From: Dipteris shenzhenensis
Lineage: Eukaryota
Direction: 5' to 3' (one strand)
Length of the DNA: 64,000 bases
Assembly (NCBI GenBank): GCA_047967505.1
Contig: CM106538.1
The translations under genes were made by a program, and so were the position numbers. Numbering within the stretch: position 1 is the first letter of the stretch; each line of letters opens with the position of its first letter. Below are positions 37,916 to 48,128 of this stretch, one piece after another. Below the pieces are notes generated by a model, which ran no database searches, was not told where the DNA came from, and was given only the letters and a program-made list of their open reading frames with translations.

Positions 37916-40070
37916 AGTCACGATAAAACTGGGTCTTGGTGGGGAGCTCCTGGTCCTCCCCCCAAGTCCGAGATGGTTGATCTCATCTCGTGGAATCAAT
38001 TGAAGAGGTGCATCCATGCTGTACTGAAAGGGGGAAAGCCTATCCATCTGGATACCGTGCCTAGCAAGCCATGTGGATATGCATGCATACCATGTGCTTG
38101 CCCACTCTCTGCGAGTTGTCTGGATGACTCTAGGGCCAAACTTGGAAGTCTCCAGTGGGATAAGTCCCACACTCTGTGGGATGATAGTCACTGTCTAAAA
38201 GATGGCATCAACCTGGAGAGGTATCATGGCGAACTCTGCCTGTACTATCTCATGTGGATCTGAGGGCTTACATCGGATCATCTTGGATCCCATTGTCACA
38301 TGTAGCCGCACCAATGGTGCTCTCAACCCAGTCCGATAGATTGCCTGGAGCACGGACCCTACCTCTGAATGACTCATATAAGCTCATCACACCCCAAATC
38401 AGCATCTCTGGGATCTGCATCTCCTGTAGTCTCATGATCATGCGGGATCATGGAACAGTGTCGAAGGCCTTTTAAAAGTCTACGAAGCATGTGTAGACTC
38501 TCTGACGCCTAAACCTCGCCTTCTCAATAATAGCCCTCAGAGTGAAAATGTGGTCTAGAGTAGAGTGCTGCCTCCTGAATCTTGCTTGCCCTAGTGCTCA
38601 CTACCCCGTGCCTCTGTATGACTACTGATCTCTCTCTAGTACTGATCCATAGATCTTGGCCAAAGTGTGGCCAATCACGAGGGTGCGATAGTTCCTGATG
38701 TCCATGAGGTCTCCTGCTTTGTGTACCGGTATGATAGTGATGGTGCTCCATGCTGGTGGGAAGCCATGACAAACTGAAAGGTTAAACATATGTGCAAGGA
38801 TCGGTGCTAGCACCTCCTGCCCATGTGCGAAGTGCTCTATCCGAAGGCCCTCATGATCCTGTGCTTTTCGGTTGTGGAGCCGGCGAAGTGTAACCCGCAC
38901 ATTCTGCGTAGTGAATAGATGACAAATAGTGGGCCTGGGCATAAAGGGCATGTCTAGCGATATATGCCTCGGGACATTATATAGGGACCATCCATAAGTG
39001 TGCCACACGCCCGGATCAGGGGGATGGGTGGCTTCCCCTCCGAAAGGAATCCGCATCCAACGGTCGGGTCTCCCCTGCGAAATGATCCGATGATCTCATC
39101 CATCCTGTGTCTAAGGAAGGCTCGTCTCTTGCGGCGCATCAACCGTTGAAAGATCCTATGTGCCTCATGTGATGTCAATTGACCCAAGGCTTGCTCTCGT
39201 GTGAGGTGGGCTCGCATCTCTCTGCATTCATCATCAAGCCAGGGGTTTTGAGGCATCTTCCCATCTTGTACCCGTGAAGATCGGGTCGTAGGAAAGGATC
39301 TGGTGGCAACATCCTGTATCACTGTGACAAGGGTGGCTAAGGCGTGGGCGAGGTCTCCAATAAGGCTGGAAGCTCTCTGGCTAAGTGACACACATACACT
39401 CGATCAAGGGCACGGTCAAAGTGGATCTGGGTATGGGTAGTGGTAGGAACTCTCCCTGTGACTGGTGTAGTAGCAAGAACATCGAAGGCCAGATATGAGT
39501 GGTCGACTCCAAGTGGGGAGGGGGGGTATAGTGAGGTCATGTATCTGTGAGACAAAAGCCAATGGACCCAATAGGTAGTCCACTGTGCTAGTCACGCCTC
39601 CATCTGGGAAGCATGTAAATCCCTCAGATGATGGCCATCTCTGAAGGCCATTATAGATGATGAGGTCGTGGACAACTCCCAACTCAAGCAGGTGTCGCAT
39701 GTATGCTGTCACATGTGAAGTATCTGCAAAAAGTCTCCAAATCCCAAGTTTTGTTGCATCTAACTCTCACATCATGTGGGAGTCTCTCTCATATGTGAAG
39801 TCAAGTAAGCCCACTTGCCTATCCCTCGTCCTTGCATTGAAATCCCCTACGAGGGTGTCTCCCTGTCTGGAGAACTCTATGATATCATCATGTATCGTCT
39901 CATAAGGACTGTGCCCCTCTGTAGTGACATCATGGGCATATGATGACGTTTGTGGAGGAAAATATCATACTGCAATGAAGTTCGGTCGGCGGGCATCTAG
40001 TAGATGTACTTGTAACCACATGTTCCTCTCCAGCTCTGATGCCATTTTTTAGACAGTGACTTTCCTCCAC
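37916..40070 (-). mobile_element. LINE family-B ORF2 (EN-RT, internally deleted)
   Basis: GDFNAR, STVDYLL, DHSYL, NPWLDDECRE, GFPPAWSTITIIPVHKAGD, CFVDF*KAFDTVP. Confidence 0.9.
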
Positions 40071-40074
40071 AGAG

Positions 40075-41397
40075 TTTGGGACCTACCTCGCGAGAGACTT
40101 CCGAGGCTAGCACTAGAATCCTCCATACGACTAGCAGAGAGTGGGGTAGGTACAGCATGGTTGCACGCATCACCGCATGGTTTGCTAGTCACGGCATTTA
40201 GATGGATCGGCTTCCCCGTTTCAGTATAGCATGGATGCACCACCCGAGTTGATCCCACGGGATGAGATTAACTGCATCATACGGTTAGATCTCCTCCAGT
40301 TCCACACATCTCGCACTTGGGGGGGGAGAGGAGTTCCCCACCAAGACCCAACTCTACTATGATCACTTTCTGAGAGTATCGGAGGATGGGCTCATCATCA
40401 GACCTAAGTATCTTGAGAATAGAGGAGTCTCACACGCACTGAGGATTGCCATTGGAAGGTCTCGTCCCATTAGCTAAGGATGGAGACAGAGAGACCTGCA
40501 CGCATACCCAGAGAGCAGCAGACTTGTAGGTTGTGCACGATGGGGGCGGTCGAGACAAAGGAGCACTTTCTATGTGTCTACCTAGCCTACCATGAGATCC
40601 GAGGGTGCCACCACTGCCTTTTTCAGGAGGGATACGGCTTTGTCCCACTCTCACGACTGATCCACTTCCAAAACCAGGTTTGTATTGGGCTCTACCTGAT
40701 GGAGATGCGACGACATAGAGAGACACTACTACGACATATCAGAGAGCAACAGGATGGGACCACCGCACCACGGGGTATTGAGGTAGACTGAGCGCAAAGA
40801 CAGGCCACGGATTTCTATGCATTTGACTCAGCCCCAGGGCACTCTAGGATAGAGGAGGAGAAGCTAGCTGATATGAGAAATATATGGATCGGTGGAGAGA
40901 GCCGACACAGCACTGCTAGACGAGGGACACAGAGACCGTACACAGCACGACGGGCGACCAGAGCACACAATCGAGGTTCGACCTATTTCAGCTCTCCTTA
41001 GGGGAGATCGACCGAGGTGAGGCATCACCCTTGACATAGCCCATCAGATCCAAAGATCGAGGAGACCATGCCCTCCACCACCACGGGAGACATCTCGACA
41101 GATGAAGATATGTGAGCTCTTTGCATCTCATCAGAGAGCCACCATGGAGCCTGGATACGTGGAGCCGGTTCATGCACTTGGGACTCTAGCTTTGAGCACT
41201 TGATATTTTCATGCCACCCTCATGCTATTTTGCTACTTTTTTGCTATTTTGTACTAGTAAAGCATTTTAGTACTCAACAAGGGCCTTAGTGAGCCCTTTG
41301 CCCTGGCCCACAATGGTCTGTATGAGTTACTTGATTCCGTACTTTGTCCCATAGGCCCACGAGGCCTCCTGCGGACGTTAATATATCTTTCTTTCTT
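40075..41397 (+). mobile_element. 5'-truncated LINE family-B copy with tail
   Basis: RLPRLAL, RLPPFQYSMDAP, CRLCTMGAVETKEHFLCV..AYHEIRG; tail gacgttaatatatctttctttctt. Confidence 0.9.
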
Positions 41398-42272
41398 CAG
41401 TTTGCCATCCCTGTAGGCCAGCCCGTTTCCCTGCTTCCCTTGCTGCCATGACCTGTGTCATGCCTCTCCCCTTCTATGTTCCTGCTGTAGAAGGGTGAGG
41501 TCATCATCCAAGTAGATCTTGGTCCCCTTCAAGGATGCTCGCATGCTCATAAGGTTGGACCTATCAGTTGCAGTCCGGAGTTTCAGCACTAACGGTCTTG
41601 TTTGTATCTCCGTCTTCCCGACCCTCCAAGCTGCCTCACATGTGAGGTTGACTCCCATCTTAGCAAATAGGGCTTGAGCATCTGCCATTGGGGTGTCTCC
41701 CACTGTGAAACCTCTAACTAGAACATCCATTGCTTTACTGGCCCGTCTCTTCTCTTCCTCAAGTGTCTCACAAATAAGTTCTTTTTTGGGAGCTGCTGAT
41801 CCCTTTTTAACAACTTCAGTCCATTCAAGCATCACTTCTTTCCCCTTAATGAGCTGTTGTGCAACCTCAGCATGCTTACCATTCATGGTAGTCTGCATGG
41901 CCTCCATCTCTTTCTTGAGAGCTGCATTTTCTGCTTTGAGCTCATCCATAACTTTGTAGCCACCATCTGATGTTATTTGTTTGCCCTTCATTTGTTGTAA
42001 CTCAGTCCCCAATGTGTGTACTTGGTCTTCTCATTTTCCCATTCTGCTCTCTCCTTCTCCCATTCTTCTTTCTTGGCCTTCTCCTTCCTCCACTCCTCTT
42101 GTACCTTCCCACCTTGTTTCCGAATCTCAGCCAGTGACACGAGGCAGATTTTGTTGAGGCATGTGAGTACCTCTGTAGTGCCTTTGTGAGCTGTCCCTGT
42201 AGAGAGGGCTGCCATGGCTGTCTCCAAAGCTAGTTTGCCCCATGTGTCTTCTACTCGCACTCTTGTAGGCAT
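41398..42272 (-). mobile_element. LINE ORF1 (coiled coil plus RRM/CTD-like), frameshifted
   Basis: Coiled-coil-like N-terminus; VLVRGF...AWRVGK...RPLVLKL...LKGTKIYLDDDLT; AREAGK...YRDGKL is homologous to the ORF1 ends at about 43920 and 59370. Confidence 0.8.
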
Positions 42273-42339
42273 AGTGCTTCAGCCAATTAGAAAATAGTGC
42301 TAATCTGTGTGTGGTTGATCTCCAAGCATGTTGGTAGTA

Positions 42340-42871
42340 GTCTTCTGCCCTTCACAAAACTCAGATATATTCTTCCACAATTGTGGGCTGACAAAAGCTC
42401 AGAGATGAGCTAAGAAGACAGCAAGGCTGCTGTCAACAAAAGCTGAGTGTCCTCCTCCCCTAGCACGCTAGCCGGTGCAAGGCTTGTCAGTGCAGGTGAT
42501 GAGGAATGAGGGGGGAGTGGGGGAACTTTTTATAGGAGAGCCTGGAGCCCTCAAACTGGCCGACTAAGGAGTCGGCTCCCTGTCAAGAAAACCGACCAGG
42601 TCAGGGGCCCTTTTGGGGCTGAATATGGCCAACCAGACCAGGCTGGTCTGGCCTATAAATAGGCCCCCTCTGTGGGCCTTTTGGGCTGCTGATGCCAGGC
42701 CCCAAGTGTACTCCATATGCTGCTCCAGCCCCTCCCGTGCCTGCTGGCACAATCCCACGCAGGGTGCTGCCTCCATAAAGCCAGGTACTCTCAGCCCAAT
42801 CCCCTATAGTCTCCTGCCCCCTTGTCCCCTCAAATCGGGGGCTCACAGGTGGGGCAGTGACATTTCTAACA
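42340..42871 (-). mobile_element. LTR-like fragment (U3, TATA, R)
   Basis: Begins TGTTAGAA on the minus strand, cctataaaaag followed by a pyrimidine tract; homologous to 57990-58561. Confidence 0.6.
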
Positions 42872-43457
42872 CCTCCTTCCATTCATCATCAAACCCTTGC
42901 GACAGCAAAGCCAGCCCAGAAGAGGGCAGTCTGCCACCTGGCCACAAAATAGGCCACTTGCATGAAGGGCTGACAGCCCTGTACAGACAAGGAGCAGAAG
43001 CATGCAGCAGTCCAAAAGGCCTTCATGAGTATGATATATGGTAGTGTGGTGAGCCATCATGCCAGCCACATAAGCAAAGCATGTTTTAGCAGTTGTATGA
43101 ACTTGGTTCAAACCCAAGTCAATAAATTCAGGATTCAAAGCAATCACGATATGTACTCTATGGAGCAGGGTGGATGCAACCCAATCATGTGTTCTCCTAT
43201 TCATGTTGATGCAATCTCTTTCAGTTATGCTACCATATGTGCTTCTTCCACTGCCACTAAAAGTAGATAAGACCTGGGCATTTGCCAGCCACATTGTCAA
43301 TAAGCCTAATTCAGTTACATGTCAGCCACCAAGCCTGTAATCGTTTGATATTACAAATAAATTTTTCTTTTAGATGAAATTACGAAACACCATAGTGATA
43401 AAAAGAGACTGTTTCCTGGAGAGATGGCCAAACAGACTCAAGGAGGAAAGGGAGTAC

Positions 43458-43682
43458 CGGTACAGCCTGAAAAGGAATCGTATTATTTTTGAACGGGTAC
43501 ATGTAATCCCCTATCATGGACTTCCCAACGAACTGATAAAAAGGCTGAATAAAGTTTAGGACTGCATCAAGGATGGCAAGGCCAAATAAAGCAACCCAGT
43601 CATGGACATGAAATGTCAGCAGCTTCCATACTGCTCCTCGTAAAGTGTTGATGACTTCAGTGCCGACAGCAGTTTCTGGCAT
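43458..43682 (-). CDS. LPP: Lipid phosphate phosphatase (PAP2/LPP), coding exon 1 (exon extends 5' to the acceptor at 43717)
   Basis: MPETAVGTEVINTLRGAVWKLLTFHVHDWVALFGLAILDAVLNFIQPFYQFVGKSMIGDYMYPFKNNTIPFQAVP matches the plant LPP N-terminus (HxHDW...PF..FVG..M...YP...NT.P..AVP). 225 nt, donor CCG|gtactc phase 0, upstream acceptor ttttgatttgcag|. Confidence 0.93.
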
Positions 43683-46374
43683 CGCTACAGGGAAGGCACT
43701 GTCTGAACCACGCGTACCTGCAAATCAAAACCAGAAAATGTCATTTATATGAAAAAATGGACATAAATTGTGTTCATATATTCCATGAATTTGTTAAGGA
43801 CAACTAGAGTAGGTCAGCCTTACGAGACCAGCCAGCGATCTCCATGGATGAGGACCTCACTCCACTACGAGTTGAGCAGAGGCGCTTCCTGTTGTAGCAG
43901 CGGGATCAGGCCCGCAAGGAGGGAAAGTGGGTGGGCAGTAGTACGAGATGGACGACTCCTTACAAGCCCCCATTGGACACCCACCTCCCCTCCCACATAG
44001 GGAGGCGGGGTCTATGAGACTCAGATATCCGAGACCCTATCCTGCGCCATCTGGAACTGTAATGGTACCTTATGGTTAGAACCAGGGAACTTTTTGGAAT
44101 CCTATACAGGTCACGACATAGTCTTTTATACAAAGACACATCAGATTCCAGAGCACCCACTACCAGTAGTCAACGGGTATACATGGGAGTCTACCTACAG
44201 AGATGAGACGAGGGATACAGGAGGGATTCGAGGGTCAAGAGGAGATGCAGTTCTTTACAGATCACACTTTTGGGAGCCATCTCAGTGGAGCAAAGAGATG
44301 CACATTCTAGGCTTTTCTTTGGATCCACATTCGACACATGGACAGCTGGATCTGTTTATTGCAGTTTGCTACTTCCCCCCTGAGACCTCTCACTTTGCCA
44401 AAGATATTTTGTAGGGCATCTCCTGGTGGTTCTAGTGATGCCCTATAGGCCATGGTATGTGCCTTGTAGGCATAAATATAGGCACTTGTAGTGTTAGTGC
44501 CTTTTAGGCCACATAGGACACTTAGTCCTATGTGACACCTAGGACACTTAGTCCTAGGTCTAGGTACAAGTACCTTGTACTCTCTATTTTCATTATCTTG
44601 GTTGACGTGATGGCAGACTCTATCAACTCTTTTGCGATCTGCACTCTCTCCTTGCCAATCAATCCTACAGTGGTATCAGAGCCCGAATCTGCTTCCTGTC
44701 CCTGTACAGTCCGTACCAACTGCCCGTACATCTGTTGTACTTGCAATCCGTACACTCGCCGTACATTGCTGTACATGCAATGTCGTACAACGTACATGTG
44801 TCGTACGTCCGTACCTGCATACAGTACTGTGTTATACTGTGCTCCATTGCGCTGCACTTTCTGTACGGAAGTACGCTACGTTTCGTACATGTCGCCGCAC
44901 AATGTACATGTTCCGTACAAGTATCTGCAAAGTATATGTCACGTACGTTGTACCCATGACGTACCTTGTACCTGATCCATACTCCATACTTGTGTCGTAC
45001 ATGTTTCGTACTTTCTTCACCGTACAACCCGTACCTGCATCCCCGTACATCGTACATTGGATACCATACTGTCGTGAAACCGTACACCGTATAATCCAAC
45101 TGTACTTTGGATATGTTCCGTCCATCCGTACAATGTACATGCTTCCGTATAGCTGTACTTGTTTCGAGATTTCCGAACAGGTTTGGCATGTGTGAAATTT
45201 GCAGGACACTCTCAAAATTTGGGGCTTTTGAGGGCTTTTGCTATCATTATCTCCCTTCTACTGTTTGAAATTTTCTCAAGCCATTTCAACAGTCTGGAAA
45301 GCCTATCTATACTTTGGGACAAGTGCATTTTTGCAGTCAATTTATGGACAGCAAGTCCTAATTTTTGGAAGTTGCAAAACTTGAGGCTATTTTTCGGGAT
45401 TTGGTCTACAATTTCTATTTTGATTGCACTACATTGAGTCACTTTTGCAGGACATTGAGTCAGATTCTCATACATTGGGTCACATTTGCAAAGATCTCAG
45501 CAAAATTTGGGGCTTTTCTGCATTTGACCTCTTTTTGGCCTATTTGCCCTCATTAAATTTGCGGCTTTAGCCAGATTTGCTGTTTTTGCAGTGAACATTG
45601 CCTGCCACAGTCACATTTGGGTCAGATCTGCATTTGCCCTTTGATTTGGGTCAGAAATTTGCAGATATTTGCTCTCATTTTTTGGACAGCCAGCTTTTGT
45701 AGTGATAGCATTGAGGCTTTTTTGTTTTCAGGTCTCTTTCAAGGTATCAGATTTGCTATGGCTGGAAACAATCAGGATCTATTTGGTGTTCTTCGTGAAG
45801 ATGATAAGTTGGATGGCACCAACTATCCGATGTGGTCTTATCTCACGAAACATATTCTTGTTGCAAAGCATTTGTGGAATATTGTTTCTGGGGTTGATCT
45901 GAGGCCAGCCAATGCTACAGTGGTTGCCTCTACTGCTGGTCCCTCTGCAGGGGGTACTCCTCCTGATGCCTCATCCTCTAGCACTCCTGTTGCTACTCTT
46001 CCAACTCAGGAACAGTCAAGATGGGATGCAAGAGATGCAAATGCACATTCATGTATTGCTTTATAATGCAAGAGAATCATTATTCCACACATCCGGTCTT
46101 GCAGGACAGCAAAGGATGCTTGGGATAAATTGGGTTCTCTCTATCAGATTCGCAATGAGGAACGTGTTGCATATTTGAGAAGGGAATTACAGGAAGTCAG
46201 TATGAATGAAGGTGACTCTATGGATGCATACCTGACAAAGGTCAAGGACCTCATGGAACAACCTGCCAACATTGATGAGGTGGTGCCACATTCACAGCTT
46301 GTCAGTACCACATTGAATGGACTGCCAAATACATATCAAGGGTTTGCTACAACCCTTCGATTAGTGGCCATGGG

Positions 46375-47229
46375 TATACCTAGATGAATCCAGGAACATT
46401 CCCAAACTCATCCTCTAAAAACACAACATAGTGCAGTTTCAATCTCATGATAGTCACTCACAAGGTTGAAAACCATAAACTCCATCATGCATAGTAAGGA
46501 ATAGCTACTATGACATCCCCACTGACGTCATCAGCACCCAACAGTGGGTGTAGACCATAGTATAAAAATATGCTCTCACACATACAAATCCACACACCCA
46601 CACATACTTGAGCATCCATTTATACAAAGTCTTCGTACTGAGTTTCTATCGGCACTCCGGAGGTGAAGGGTACACTCAGCCATGATGAACGCTAGCACTA
46701 AAGGAGAAGGCTAATCAAAAGGTAGTCCAAAATCTCTTCATTCAAGCTACAACTGCTTGTGAAGTCAAAACATTTTCATTTTAGTCTCTCCCCAACGAGC
46801 ATCTAAATCTAAATCTAGTTGATAGGGCAACGCACCATTTACGATAGAAAGAATTATCACAATACCAACAGGCCGCAACTTGGATGAAAACTTCACAAGG
46901 TGAAATTTGCATGTCCGCTAATACGGCAGAAGCATATACCTAGATGAATCCAGAAACATTCCCAAACTCATCCTCTAAAAACACAACATAGTGCAGTTTC
47001 AATCTCATGATAGTCACTCACAAGGTTGAAAACCATAAACTCCATCATGCATAGTAGGGACTAGCTACTATGACATCCCCACTGACGTCATCAACGCCCA
47101 ACAGTGGGTGTAGACCATAGTATAAAAATATGCTCTCACACATACAAATCCACACACCCACACATACTTGAGCATCCATTTATACAAAGTCTTCGTACTG
47201 AGTTTCTGTCGGCACTCCGGAGGTAAAGG
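46375..47229. mobile_element. Non-coding insertion with 295-bp terminal direct repeats (1.5 copies of a 560-bp unit) in Copia gag
   Basis: A 46375-46669, B 46670-46934, A 46935-47229; GGCCATGGGTA duplicated at 46366-46376 and 47228-47238; removing it restores gag LRLVAMGNLDHYSFDQL. Confidence 0.9.
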
Positions 47230-48128
47230 CCATGGGTAATCTAGACCACTATTCTTTTGATCAGCTAGTTACTTTGCTTTTGCAAAAAGAGCAAAGCAGA
47301 GCTAATAGACAAGCCATTATTCCTGATCATGCATTTGCTTACAACAGACAGGAAGAGGCAAGGCTTCCAAGCCTATGGGCAAGCCAAAATCTGCGCATAG
47401 CAGCTGCAATTCCTCCCATGCATCCAAAAATACAGCAGATAAGTCAAAGAAGAAAAGATGCAACTATTGTCGCAAGCCAAGACATGACATTTTAGAATGC
47501 AGGAAGTGCATTGCTTCAGAGAAAAAGAAAGCAGGATTAACAGTTAATGCCTCTCATGCTATTGAATCCAATGAGCCAGAAGATGCTTCACATGCACATG
47601 CTCTTTAGGATGATTGGGCATGGGCTGTCCATTGCTCATTTGATCATTTGGAGATGTGCAGCTCACATCCATTTCAAGCCATCCTGTCACTCTGACAAAT
47701 GTTCTTTTTGTGCCTGGAATTAATGTCAACTTGATTTCAATTTCAGCCATTGCCACTTCAAGTTTCAAAGTTATTTTTGATGGCTACAGATGCCTAGTTT
47801 ATGATCTTCATGATGACAATGCCATAGTTCTCACTGGCACTTTGCAAAAAGGGCCTTATCACCTTGATCATCACTCAGCTGGACTTTCTATTGAAGCACT
47901 GGCTATTTCAGATTCACACCTTGCTGAAACTCATCTTTGGCATGACAGAATGGACCATCTCAATTATAGAGCTCTTGCAAAGCTACATTCACAGCAGATG
48001 GCAAATGATGTACCTCAAACTCACACAGTTTCCAAACATTTCTCTCTTCACGCGGCATTATTCACTCATGTACTACTCCTTACACTCCTCAGCAGAACCC
48101 TGTTTCTGAAAGGAAAAACAGGTCCACA

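Noticed and set aside
37916-41397. Twin-priming 5' inversion of a single LINE insertion
   Set aside because: The geometry fits, but the overlapping segments are visibly too diverged to come from one event, and the minus part is collinear with the ORF1 beyond 41398.
44528-45215. Overlapping ORFs in all frames rich in Y, V, R, T and C
   Set aside because: A by-product of the stop-poor GTAC array in the Copia leader.
46425-46465. Minimal type I hammerhead on the minus strand (AUCAUGA GAUU GAAAC UGCA CUA)
   Set aside because: Two mismatches in the CUGANGA core, a C-C mismatch in stem III and a very weak stem I.
46375-47229. TRIM, Cassandra or LTR-retrozyme identity for the A-B-A insert
   Set aside because: No TG...CA, no PBS or PPT, no 5S rRNA-like segment, and the TSD is longer than 4-5 bp.
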